64,000 bases of DNA from Octopus vulgaris (taxonomy: Eukaryota), in contig OX597819.1 in NCBI GenBank assembly GCA_951406725.2, positions 99,572,001-99,636,000 on the forward strand, in the 5' to 3' direction. Position 1 is the stretch's first letter. The number at the start of each line of letters is the position of its first letter. Shown here one piece after another: positions 40,245-52,819 of this stretch. The notes beneath the pieces are model-generated. The model ran no database searches and was not told where the DNA came from. It saw only the letters and a program-made list of their open reading frames with translations. The position numbers were made by a program, and so were the translations under genes.

Positions 40245-40290
40245 GTGTCGCTGAAGACGTCACAGATGTGTGACGAAAAATTTCCGGATA
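40245..40290 (+). ncRNA. Minimal type I hammerhead-like motif
   Basis: gtgtcg-CTGAAGA-C-GTCACA(GATG)TGTGAC-GAAA-AATT-TC-cggata; perfect 6-bp stem II, palindromic AAATTT stem III, weak stem I. Confidence 0.5.
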
Positions 40291-40423
40291 ATGGACATGA
40301 GTTAAAGAACAATGGACATGAGTTAAAGAACAGTAAGAAATGAGTGAGGAATAAATATATAAAGTGTGTGCTTAAAAAAAAAAATGACAGCCCCGAAATA
40401 CAAAAATATGTCTCAACAAATAA

Positions 40424-41236
40424 GCGCAGGAGTGGCTGTGCGGTAAGTAGCTTGCTAACCAACCACATGGTTCAGGGTTCAGTCCCACTGTGTGGCATCT
40501 TGGGCAAGTGTCTTCTGCTATAGCCCCGGGCCGACGAATGCCTTGTGAGTGGATTTGGTAGACGGAAACTGAAAGAAGCCTGTCGTAAATGTGTATATGT
40601 AGGAGTGGCTGTGTGGTAAGTAGCTTGTTTACTAAGCACATGGTTCCGGGTTCAGTCCCACTGCGTGGCACCTTGGGCAAGTGTCTTCTACTATAGCCTC
40701 GGGCCGACCAAAGCCTTGTGAGTGGATTTGGTAGACGGAAACTGAAAGAAGCCCGTCGTATATATGTATGCGTGTGTGTGTTTGTGTGTCTGTGTTTGTC
40801 CCCCTAGCATTGCTTGACAACCGATGCTGGTGCGTTTATGTCCCTGTTACTTAGCGGTTCGGCAAAAAGAGACCGATAGAATAAGTACTGGGCTTACAAA
40901 AGAATAAGTCCTGGGGTCGAGTTGCTCGATTAAAGGCGGTGCTCCAGCATGGCCGCAGTCAAATGACTGAAACAAGTAAAAGAGTAAAAGAGTAAAGAGT
41001 ATATATATATATATATATAGATTTATGTGTGTGTTTGTGTGTCTGTGTTTGTCCCCCTAGCATTGCTTGACAACCGATGCTGGTGTGTCCCCGTCACTTA
41101 GCGGTTCGGCAAAACATACCGATAGAATAAGTACTGGGCTTACAAAGAATAAGTCTCGGGGTCGATTTGCTCGACTAAAGGCGGTGCTCCAGCATGGCCG
41201 AAGTCAAATGACTAAAACAAGTAAAAGAGTAAAGAG
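40424..41236 (+). mobile_element. SINE family A cluster (head + full copy + extra tail)
   Basis: Head at 40424-40590, full copy ~40601-41000, second tail ~41035-41236. Confidence 0.9.
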
Positions 41237-42768
41237 TTAGTTAGTTAGTTAGTTAATTTGGCTCAAAAGCAAATAGCAAGGCCATGTAGGGGGACATGGA
41301 GTTAAGTACAGGGTGGTGTTCATGTAAAGAGTTCAGGCCACTTGAGGTCCAGGGAGGCTTTGAACAAAGCGGTCGTCGGCATCTTCACCATCTCGTCTGG
41401 CAGCTTGTTCCACGGATCCGCAACCCGGACGGAGAAAGCTCCTCTCCTTCGATTGAGATGAAATCGTCGCAGGTAGAGCTTTTCGGAATGACCCCGCAGC
41501 CGACGCTCCGGAGCAGGAGTGAAGAACAGCTCTTTCGAGAGGTTACACTTCCCGTTAATGATATTGTGGGCGAGAATGAGATCACCACGGCGGCGGCGTT
41601 TTTCAAGAGAATAAAGGTCGAGCGTCCTCAGCCTTTCTTCGTAGGACAAATTTTTGAGACCATGAACCATGCGGGTAGCCAGCCTCTGGACTCTTTCGAG
41701 ATGCTGTATGTCTTTGAGGAGATAAGGAGAAGAGGCTTGAATCCCATACTCCAATATGGGTCTCACCAGCGTGACATAGAGTGGTAGGAATATGGCTGCT
41801 GTGAGCATTCCGAATGACCGTCGAATCAAAAACAGAATTCCGCGCGCTTTGTTGGCAGCATGGACGCACTGGGCCGAAGGCGAAAAGGAGGAATCCAGCA
41901 AGATACCCAGGTCCTTTACCTGATCGGTCCTCTCCAGCAGCAGACGACCCGGCTCGAAATCAAGTTGATTTTCAGGAGTAGAGCCGACAGGCAGATGACA
42001 GCACTTTGACACGTTCAGACACAGGTCCCAATCGTTAGACCACTTCCAAATTTGGTGGAGGCATCGATGAAGATCCTCTATACTACCGCGAGGAGAGACC
42101 AGTTTGATATCGTCGGCAAATACAAGGGTGTGTTGCGTGAGGTCGTCGGGCAAGTCATTTATGAAGACTAAGAACAACAAGGGCCCAAGCACTGAACCTT
42201 GAGGCACGCCACTGCTCGCACTGGAGACTTCGGACCGCGAACCATTAACTTGAACTTGGAAGGAGCGATCTGAGAGGAAGGCACCAACCCATCGTACAAT
42301 ATCCGGATGGAAACTATATGCTTGAAGCTTGACAAGTAGTAGGCGGTGGTTCACCGAGTCAAAAACTTTGGCAAAGTCCAATAAAACGATGTCAACCGCA
42401 TCACTATCATCGAGGATGCGCGTCACCAATTCTTCCATTACTAGTAAGTTGGTCAAGCATGATCTCTTCGGCACGAAGCCGTGTTGGGAATCAGTGATCG
42501 AGGCTGTGTTTAGGAGGTGGAGCATCATACTTTTCTTAAGGATTGTTTCGAACATCTTGCTGATTATTGATGTAAGGGAAACCGGTCGTTAGTTAAGCGG
42601 GTCTTCGCGGCTCCCTTTCTTGAAAATTATCGCTGTTCTCCAGTCTGCAGGTATAACACCCGTCGCAAATGACATATTGAATAGTCGTGTTAAGGGCTCG
42701 CAGATGACCGGAGCCAACGTTTTGATAACCCGTGGGTGTATGCCGTCAGGGGCGTGACCCTTGTTGAC
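41237..42768 (-). mobile_element. 5'-truncated CR1-like LINE with near-intact reverse transcriptase
   Basis: 411-aa ORF 41320..42555 with QHGF, LDFAKVFDSV, GVPQGSVLGPLLF, FADD and RRRRGDLI; homology extends to ~42768 (GHAPDGIHPRV); (TAAC)n tail at ~41237-41255; much more GC-rich than flanks. Confidence 0.92.
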
Positions 42769-43506
42769 AAATATGTCTCAACAAATAAGCGCAGGAGGGG
42801 CTGTACGGTAAGTAGCTTGCTAACCAACCACATGGTTCAGGGTTCAGTCCCACTGTGTGGCATCTTGGGCAAGTGTCTTCTGCTATAGCCCCGGGCCGAC
42901 CAATGCCTTGTGAGTGGATTTGGTAGACAGTAACACACGATTTCACATTGAATATATTGAGCCTGAAATGTGCACATAAATTATTATAATACATAGCTAA
43001 TACAGGATATTATGAAGTTTCTTTAATATCGTTCTTAACGCTTCGTTGTTTCTATCGAAGCATGAAAGATGATACAGTCATTGCTGAAAAGAGACATTTG
43101 AAACCGTAACTAAATTTATACTCGTGTCAAGGTATTTGATTTAGGTACCGGGTTATTTCACTTTGGTTAAATTAAAATACGAACATGACGGTCAAGACTA
43201 CTCATTCGTCTCTCTCTCTCTCTCAAAGAAAATAGAGATTTAAGACAAGGAACCAACAGAATTAAGTGAATGAAAATTGGAATTTAATTGCACGAGAGTT
43301 TGTAAGGTAAAAAGAAACAAACGAAAAATACACCTTTACCTGGATTGTTCAGCAAAAAATATGAGGTACGTATAGATTTTCTTTATTAGTACACTTCAGT
43401 GTACTGTCTGGGAGATTTGGAGAGTGAAGTTGGTGTTTAAACATGTTTGCTTTGGTAAGTTTATGTATATATACATAAACACACACGCACAAGTATGTAT
43501 GTATGC

Positions 43507-43587
<81 letters not shown>

Positions 43588-43646
43588 TGTATGTATGTAT
43601 GTATATATACATATTATAAATATAAATATATTCATGCATTTATCCG

Positions 43647-43679
<33 letters not shown>

Positions 43680-43746
43680 ATAATATATCTGTTTGCTGTT
43701 TATACACTTGTCTTCGTCTTTTGTTTTTCTGTAAATGTGAACTATA

Positions 43747-43812
<66 letters not shown>

Positions 43813-43892
43813 AACACACGCACACGCAAATATGTTTGTATATTTCTATCTGGCTGTATTTCTAAATACACAAACAAGTGAATGTATGTATA

Positions 43893-44132
43893 GGCGCAGA
43901 CGTGGCTGTGTAGTAAAACGCTTGGTGCCAAACCACATGATTCCGGGTTCAGTCTCACTAGGTGACACCTTGGGCAAGTCTCTTCTACTATAGCCTCGGA
44001 TTGACCAAACACTTAAGTGAATTTCGTAGACGCAATCGGAAAGAAGCCCCACGTAAATACACAGCGTTGGTGTCAAGCGATGATGGGGTGGGTGAGATGA
44101 ACACAGACACACAAATACATACATTCATACTG

Positions 44133-44163
<31 letters not shown>

Positions 44164-44790
44164 GTATTTATATATTACATCACGGGTTTCTTTCAGTTTC
44201 TGTCTACCAAATCCACTCACAAAGATTTGGTCGGCCCAAGACTATAGTACAAGATACTTGCCGAAGGTGCGACAAAGTGGGAGTGAACCCAGAACAATGT
44301 GGTTGGGAAGCAAGCCTCTTAACACACAGCCACTCTCGTGCCTATAATATATGCATATTTATATTTATGTGTTTTTGTATATATCTATATATCTTTGTAT
44401 ATATTTATGTATGTGTGATTGTCTCCCAGCCTTCGTTTGACAACTGATGCTGGTGAGTTTATGTCCCCATAACATAGCGGTTCGCCAAAAAAAGACGGAT
44501 AAAATAAGTACAAAGCTTACAAAGAATAAATCTTGAGATAGATTTATTTGGCTAAAACCATATAAGGTGGTGCTCCGGCGTTGCTGACCAAAGCCTTGTG
44601 AGTGGATTTGGTAGACGGAAACTGAAAGAAGCTTGTCGTATGTGTGTGTGTGTGTGTTTGTGTCTAGCAGTTCGGCAAAATAGCCCGATAGAATAAGTAC
44701 TAGACTTACAAAGAAAAGTCCTGGGGTCGATTTGTTCGACAAAATGCAGTCCTCCAGCAAGGGCGCACTCAAATGATTGAAACAAGTAAA
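43893..44790. mobile_element. Jumble of SINE family A pieces in both orientations
   Basis: + head 43893-44050, - head ~44180-44345, + tails ~44420-44580 and ~44582-44790. Confidence 0.75.
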
Positions 44791-45335
44791 AGAAAATAAT
44801 ATTCACACAAACACGGAAATATATTTGTGAATGTATGTATATATGTATGCATGTATGTATATATACATGTATGCATGTATATATATTCAATACTTTAATA
44901 TACCCATTATATTTACACCGTATCCGGGTTTACTAGATATTTTTTCGTGTGTACCTTCTATTACTTGACGATCTAAGTCCTAACTTTTTATTTATTTTAT
45001 TTCATCGATTTCATAGTTTGGTTTATAAATGTTAAATTATTTTGGCATTTGTCTTATTATGTTATATATTATATATCCTGCCTTTCTCACTCTAATCGTT
45101 CATTGTATATATCCTAAAATGTATTCTATTAAATTTAAACTTTTATAAATTTATAATAGTACTTTAACCTGATATTTTACAAATATTACTAATACGGATA
45201 CTTATATTTATTTTCTTACTTATAATTGATTGTTTATAATATAAGATTTACTATATGTATACATCCTATAACATGTATGCATTACGTATGTCATACTTAT
45301 ATATTTATGCGTATTAATTTTTTTTTAATATCTTC

Positions 45336-45734
45336 AGCGATTACTGTTTACATCTCGTTCTGAGATTTAATAATGCTTGCAGTCAGTTTTTCGAAATCAG
45401 TGGCAGACGTCACTAGAAAAACTCTTATATATTTGCAAACAGGCCTTGTCTTTCATCGTGATCTAGTGATTACCGCCCGTTGATAAGAGACAATAATCTC
45501 GAAACCGCGGTCTGGTGCGTATCACTCAGGCTTACGAGAAAGGGATGGCCTCCCTTTGCAAATACCTTAAGGGCACAGAAAGTGTGTCTAAAGCCAGCTG
45601 GAGACGATGATCTCCTGGGGCTAAAAAGCTACAGTAACACCCCCTTTGTGGTTAGCCATATTGAGATGGCTTTTTATACTTTACATTGTCGAGCGATTAC
45701 TGTTTACATCTCGTTCTGAGATTTAATAATGCTT
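45336..45734 (+). mobile_element. 356-bp retrozyme-like / PLE pseudo-LTR unit with 43-bp terminal direct repeat
   Basis: agcgattactgtttacatctcgttctgagatttaataatgctt is exact at 45336-45378 and 45692-45734; contains a hammerhead and several hairpins; no ORF of note. Confidence 0.6.
45465..45526 (+). ncRNA. Type I hammerhead ribozyme, U3-A8 compensatory core
   Basis: agtgattaccgcccg-TTGATAA-GAGA(caataa)TCTC-GAAA-CCGCGG-TC-tggtgcgtatcact; ~13-bp bulged stem I, palindromic ACCGCGGT stem III, GUC triplet ending at 45512. Confidence 0.75.
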
Positions 45735-45949
45735 TGTATGATTATTTATCTGATATAGAAGGCCACTCATCTTTTCGTTTAATTTTATTCTCTTCCTGTT
45801 GTCAGTTTATATTATTTTGTTTATTTCACCATGTATAGTAAATCGTACTATGTATGCTTCCTTCCTCCTTCTATATAATAAACTTTTTATCTCCCTCCTT
45901 ATCTACTACCCACCTCCCCTCTCCATCTTTTATTGACTCACTGACAGCA

Positions 45950-47205
45950 GACCCAGAAAGAATATAAGTGAGATACTCAGTGAACAATTAAAAGTCTTCA
46001 CTTTCCCCCTTAGATACATGCAGATAAAAAATCCAGCTGAATTCTTTGATATTGCAGCTCTAAAAAAAGAGGCGCCAGCCATCGATTACATCAACATTGA
46101 GGGAACAGATGTAACAGCGTTTATAGATGAAATGAGTTCATGCACCACCACTGGTCCTGATGGCTTTCCAGCTATTCTCATAAAATCATGTAAGCAGGCT
46201 TTAGCGAAACTACTTCAGATACTTTTCCAAAGTTTCCTTGCAAGTGGTATACTTCCTAAAAAGCTAAAAGAAGGTATTATATGCCCTGTCCACAAAAGTG
46301 GGCGTAGAGCAGAGGCCAAAAACTACAGACCAATCTCTCTGACTTTGCATATCAGTAAAGTCATGGAGCGAATCAGAAAGAAGTTGATAATGTTCCTAGA
46401 AGGAAATGACCTACTGAAATATGCTCAGCTTGGCTTCCGCCCAGGAAGAAGCTGCCTCGCACAACTCCTTCAGCAATATGACTGGGCTTTGAAACAGCTG
46501 CTTGATCATTCAGATGTCAGTGTGATATACCTTGACTTAGCAAAGACATTTGATAAGAGATCATGGTATAAGTCATAACCTACGAGACCTTTGCATCGCT
46601 GGTAAACTGGGAGAGTGGCTGCATGACTTCCTTAAAAACAGAAGTCAGGTGGTTGTAGCGAATGGTACCCTTTCTGAGAAAACTGAAATCGTAAATGGTG
46701 TAGCTCAGGGAACTATTCTGGGGCCCACAGTCACTCGGATAGCCACTGTCACTAGCTATACCGATAACAAAAAATTATCACAGGCAGTAAAAAATCAAGA
46801 GGGCGTTACAAGCTTACAATGGGACCTCAACTCAGTATACTAGTGGGCCGAAATAAACAACATGCAGTTTAATGATGGAAAAATTCAAGCACTGCAATAT
46901 AAACTACAAATACAGTGCAATGTACATTTACAGGACCCCAAGGCACTACAATCCTAGAGTCACAAGCAGTGAAAGACTTGGGGCTCAGCACGTACAATGA
47001 CGTATCATTTCATATGCACATAAGATGTCAGCAAAATGCAGACAACTGACAGGGTTGATACTGAGGTCCTTCAAGACAAGAGACCAAGAAAGTATGTTGA
47101 CCATGTGGAGAACTTTTGTTTTCGGTCGCCTGTACTACTGCTCCCAGTTATGGTCACCACATAGTGCCTAACTAACAGCGGAGCTTGAAGCACTACACTA
47201 AAAAG
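45950..47205 (+). mobile_element. Decayed CR1-like LINE reverse transcriptase
   Basis: ORFs 46018..46578 and 46550..46843: GPDG, NYRPISLT, QLGFRPGRSC, YLDLAKTFD, GVAQGTILGP; frameshifts and stops. Confidence 0.85.
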
Positions 47206-47209
47206 ATTG

Positions 47210-48803
47210 AAATGAGTAGATGGACAATCGACAACTTAGTTCTTTATGTTACTTGTTTTGTTTTCCATTTGTTTCTCTCGATGTTCGCATGCACAAGTTT
47301 GTCTTTGTATTTCATATTGTTTACGTTTCGTGACGTCCTATAGCCAGATATGCATATATCCGTGTAAGTCTGGTGTAAGTTTGAAATTAAAACTGTATAT
47401 TAATTTGTTAGAATGTACAAGGTTCATTAATTTCAGTGGTGGTCGACAAGCCATACTGAAAAAAACCCGTGTGAGAATTAAAATAGTAAAAAGGGGGGAA
47501 ATTACGGTTTTTCTGCGAGCGGATCTGATTTTGATTCGTTAAAAAATTAATGACGTTTTTCTTCCGTGGTCAAGCTTGTTCTGTTTAGCTGGTTTCCTTG
47601 CAGGATACGGTTATAGGTAGTTCCGGTTGGATGGTTCTCTTAAAGGGTTTTCGTTGTATTCGTTGAAGTTCGGTTTTGATTGGTTTGGAATTATGTGACG
47701 TCAGCAACTGGTGTTTGTGAAATTTCATTTGACTGGAGGTGGGTGACGTCAGCATCTTGTGTTTGTGTGGTGATTTGGAGCTGCGGTTTCGAAACCCGGG
47801 TGGAAGATTGTGACTAAAATTTTATTGCTTTTTTGTGTTGAAATTGGGTGTTTTTTTCTCTTCTTTATACTGCTTTTTCTTCTTTCTAAAGTACATTTAG
47901 CAGTGGTTTATATTTCTTAATCAGTATGTTTTCCTTATTTAAACGGAATTGGGTTGAAGTGTTTCCAGTGCATTGACAGAGAGAGAAGATTTGGTATTTA
48001 GGGTTTTTCTCTACGGAGCGGGGCATTGGTCTAGGTGCTGGCTAACGGGAATTTTCCTAGTTGAGCGGTCCCGGATTTGTTGTCTGTGCACCGTAAGTCT
48101 ATCCCTCAAATTAAGTTTGTTTGACCAATGTAGTCTCCACCACAACCTCCACATTTAAGAACATAGATTAAGTTCTTCGAAGCACAGGTGAAGTCATGTT
48201 ATATGGTAAAATTTAGGCCTTACTTAAATTTGTATGTTGAGCCCTCTAAGAGAAAGGTGCAAGTCCCGCAGTTAGGGCGGTTGCATTTTTTGACTTGTGG
48301 GGTTGTATTTTTGGTGGGTAATTTGGCGCTGGTGAGTCAGTTTTTTTAGAGATTGTGGTTGTCTCTTGCTTTTAATAATCCTATGTGTTTTTAGTGCCTT
48401 TTTCATTCGTGGGTCTTTCATAAGGATGGGTATGTTTTGATGGCTGATGTTGTATGCTTCTTGGTTTCTTGGATTGTGTGTTGATACGTAAGATAGAGTT
48501 TTAAGTGTGTCATGGTGTTTTCTTGTTTTCCGTATCTCTTGGATGTCTATCATTTTTGCACGTTCTATTTCATTTTTGATCAGACTGACCGGGTATTTTC
48601 TGTCTAGTAATGAGGTTTTAAGTTCTTGAAGTCGTTTTTCTCGTGTTTCGGGATTTGATGCAATCGTGCAAATTCTTCTCACTAAGTCCTTCCTGGACAT
48701 CTTAATAATAAAGAGAGATACTGAGTTTGAAACCGACATCTTCAAACCAACAGACACAAAACAATATCTTCTATTTTCCTCTTGCCACCCAAAACATAGC
48801 AAA
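47210..48803 (-). mobile_element. Penelope-like element 3' portion with 5' inversion
   Basis: - strand: RRICTI..L..RKYP thumb/linker (ORF 48272..48802), then CxxxxCxxC and NLIYVLKCGGCGGDYIGQT GIY-YIG; + strand 48690-48803: FLDILI..TDIFKPTDTKQYLLFSSCHPKH. Confidence 0.85.
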
Positions 48804-48883
48804 ATATTTTTCTATTTAAAATAAATTCATATCCTGATATAATTTTCTTCAAATAACATGGTTTTCTTTTTCACTTATTCTAG

Positions 48884-48936
48884 ATCCAAAATGAGACTTA
48901 CTTGCATAATTCTCATCGCCTTACAGATGATAACAC
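48884..48936 (+). CDS. Candidate exon R (IQNETYLHNSHRLTDDN)
   Basis: Long pyrimidine tract + tAG, AC|GTAAGT donor, phase 0-2 compatible with exon Q; no matching phase-2 successor found. Confidence 0.4.
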
Positions 48937-51040
48937 GTAAGTTATTAATATTATTTATCCTTCTCTCAGACTGCCTTGCATCGCATTCTATCACTAATGT
49001 TTAGCTTTATTTGACTGCGAAACAACAATTTATTAAACAATCTCCTTTAAAACGACGGACCGGTAGAAACAGCGAACGGCTGCACTAAAAAGCCTACGAC
49101 ATTTGCTTTCGATAATTTCAATAGCCGTTAGATTGGAGATGACTATCAAAAACACTTTGCTTCTGATTTCTCGCATGCCTACGTTCATGACATAACTATC
49201 AAAATATTGAAATACGATGTTAATACAGTGTGTAGCTGATTGTGACAAAACGTGACAAGCTTTTCGAGTACGCAGTCATAGATTATAATCACAGGTTATA
49301 ATATCAATTCTTTCTTTAGCGCTCACATTCGTATTAAGAAACGAGGTTTCTTATTATTCACAAAAGTACGTGAAAATAATAAAAACAGAATTAGCGCATA
49401 GGTGTGATGAGAGCAATGTTTCCTTCTAAAAGCTTTATTATCGTCTGTCTTTCTGTCTGTCTGTCTGTCTGTCTGTGAATGCATCTATGCATGCACACAT
49501 ACAAAAACAAACAGCACACGTGTGCTTTTATGTACGAAAAATCCGACTTTAATTTTTCATGTGAGAGTTAATGCTGTGAGGCCAAAATTCATTTGGTGGA
49601 AGGTGACGCCATACTTCCTCTGTATGTGTGTAATTTTTCGTGTCGATAGACTATGTCAGTTGCCGCCTGTTACCCCTACAGTACAGATAGTTGTGCAGGC
49701 TCGTCGGATATTTGTTTTCACCGAACGCATTAAGTTTTGCAAAATCCTTGGCGATACTCAAGTTGAAACCATCCAGATGTGTCAGTTGGCTTTTGATCGG
49801 TGATTCCATGGGCAACACTCAGATCAAACTTGGCCACATCTCAGTGGAGATCGAGGCAGGCCATCCAAAAGTCGAAACGTAGAAGTAATGAATAAGAAAA
49901 GGATGGAGAATTACTAAAACGACGTACCATCATTGAGTAGGTACAAATGCGAGGTATAGGCTGTCCGACAGACACAGGAGATAAGGCCATTAAGAAAAGT
50001 AATGTGCACATATAAATGAAGTTTAAAGAAGGGTAAAGCAGTATTGAAGAGGAAGCAGACAATGGGAGACTATCAACCACAACGTGAATTGTTAGCGAGT
50101 GGGCGAATTGATTCGCGGAACAGGCGAGTCATAATTACTGCAAAATTTAATGCTCTTCAAAAAACATGCGGGACCAAAAACATATTGAAGCATTAAAGCT
50201 ATTCTCTGCATACGTTGAGCATAAATATATTATAAGTTTGATCTATGGTATTAATGGAACAAATGCAAAATGGGAAGACTTGGAATTTGGGAAACTTATT
50301 TTATACACATATATTTATGTGCCTACTCAGTAGGATCTATCAAGAACCGAGGTCGTTTATTTGTTGACGCGGAATAGTCAGTCTATATCTGAGAGTCAGA
50401 TTTCTTTGACATTTATGACCTGTAAAATCATTTTGTTTGTTCAGCAAATAATTAATATATGGTTTCATATAACGAGGATTACGTTCAGAATGTAAAGGAT
50501 GTAACGAGGATTACAAACAAAACTTAATCTCAAAAATAGACTGGCTATTCATCATCAACAAATACGAGACATCAAGAATAGATATTTCCCAATAAGTGGT
50601 CACGTCGACTCATGCGCAAAAGTAAGTTCTACAAATTGCATATTTTGTCGACCAACATATGCAATTAGAACCACCTATTAATATAATTTGAATTTAGAAA
50701 TATTTTGAGTTCAAAAATATTTTGTCTTAATTTGTTGCAGCATCAACACAATGAATTTTAAGATTAAATTTCTAAACAGGTTTCAGTCATGTTACATACA
50801 TATTTTCATAGAAATTGATAGATATAAACGCACATACGCACATGCATGAGCGCAGATAAACGAACATAATCGACGCGACTTCATTCATTAACAAATCTTT
50901 GACTCTGAATTTTATAATAATACGGAATCAGTGTAGAATGCAGTTCTATAATAGTTACCATTTTCATGGGGCTTATGCGATGAAAGTTTGTTAGTTATCT
51001 CTCTGTCTTCGTATGTAAACACTATGTTTTAATTATCGGA

Positions 51041-51173
51041 GACATCTACTTTTTCTACCCCCAAAGTGTTATAAATCCAATACACTGTAACTCGAATGGC
51101 TCATTTCAGTGAGAATGTTACATTGGTTACGAGTTGGATACAAACCAAAAGAAGTGCAGCAGCAAAAATAAAT
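51041..51173 (+). pseudogene. Pseudo-exon homologous to cbEGF exon I
   Basis: DIYFFYPQSVINPIHCNSNGSFQ*ECYIGYELDTNQKKCSSKNK vs exon I TDGSFYCECYSGYKLDIDRKNCTKVK; TGA at 51110-51112 replaces Cys; downstream intron also homologous. Confidence 0.7.
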
Positions 51174-51678
51174 GTATTTAGTGATATATAAATCATTATT
51201 TGATAATATAAATTATTTACGAAGCTTAAACTTCTAAATGAGGTATCGATTATCACTCTCATATAGCTTTATTATACTATATGATAAATCTATCGATATT
51301 TTTAATGCGGCACTTCAGAATGGCTACAGCCCTACGTCTGTCACCACCACACCACTAAAACATAAGAGAATATCTATGTACACACACATACATACGTACG
51401 TATGTACGAAAATATATATTAGTTGGTAGTCTCTTGTTGTCCGAGGATGAGTGTTCTAAAAGTTCTAGTAGAACAACCGGCACAAATGTCATGCTTATAG
51501 TGATCTCATATTTATTATGCAAATGTGCACAGTGTACTACACTTCAGGTGTCGAAGACATTGCAAAGAAACATCAGATGAATTGTTTTGTTCAAGTAGAC
51601 AACGCACTACCCGATTCAGGCATTGAAGCCACGACCTTGTGATGTGAATGCAAAACCATAACTACTGGGCTATATATA

Positions 51679-51807
51679 CAGGGTGATTCAAAAGTCGCCA
51701 TACATAAGAACAATTTATTTTTTTAATAAGAAACAGTTATTTTTATTTAACTGTTTCTTATAAAGAAAATATATTTTCCTTTGTATGGTGACTTTTGAAT
51801 CACCCTG
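51679..51807. mobile_element. Tc1/mariner-type MITE
   Basis: TA-CAGGGTGATTCAAAAGTCGCCATACA ... TGTATGGTGACTTTTGAATCACCCTG-TA terminal inverted repeats with TA flanks. Confidence 0.85.
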
Positions 51808-52819
51808 TATAAATATACACCATTGTAACACACATGCATGCGCACACTTACACACGCAAATATGTATATATAATTAATTAAAAAATATTGAGAAAGGAGA
51901 AAAAATATGCGAGGATGTAACACAAGCAAGGTATTGATGTGACACTTGGAGAAGGAAAAGAGTAGTTGTTTTGCATTTCGAGTATAGATCTTCTTCGGAA
52001 ACAGGAAGAAGAGGAAAGTCCAAAGGGAGACGAGAAGAAGGAGGAAAAAAATCGCAAATCGTCCAATGTGCGGTTACACATACATACATATACATATACA
52101 TATATATGTGCATTTGTATGTGTATGTGTGTGTGTATGTATGCATTTTCTGTGGTTTAGGTGCTTATATAATCTCGCACGAATATAACATCTTTCACTCT
52201 TGATTCAACAAAATATCAAGGATATGACAACTGGAGGATGAAAGAGCTGCACCGGCAGTCGGCAGGTGTTTATTTAAAGCTGAGTAGAGTGGTGCAACGT
52301 GAAATGACGTGCCTTCCTCAAGGAAACAAGGTTCCACCTAGTCGTGAAATCTAAAATACGATCTTATATTTGAAACCCTAACCGTTCAGCCACATTAGTG
52401 AATGTGTGAATTAAGCTACTGACTTAGTTTTGATGTGTTGAATTACGGATAAGTTTTGATATATATTGTTACACGTTAGCTAATCACTATAAAATATGCG
52501 TTTTCTTTTAACTTAGTATTATGCACCATAGTAGACAGTAGTCCTTGGGAAAGAAACTATTTTGGAGTCAGTCGTTGCATGATGTCATATGCACACATTG
52601 AGTATACTAGTCTCTATTAAGTGCTATTACGAATCTATTAATAGAGTGGACTACACTAAAGTTAAGTGGTATGAGATATGCATAGTGAAGTCGAATAACC
52701 CACCATTAACAGATTTGCTTAAGGTGCTCAATCGGAAATATACCTAAATGTTTGTTTAGTATATAAAGTGATGAACTATGGGCTTGTCGTGTAATACAGT
52801 CAGTTATTTAGGATATAAG

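Noticed and set aside
50741-50779. Possible 39-bp exon (ttgcAG..AG|GTTTCA)
   Set aside because: Stops in phase 1, weak donor, and no recognisable motif in phase 2
51110-51112. TGA at a conserved Cys position read as selenocysteine
   Set aside because: The rest of the exon has lost other cysteines and a good acceptor; simple decay is more parsimonious
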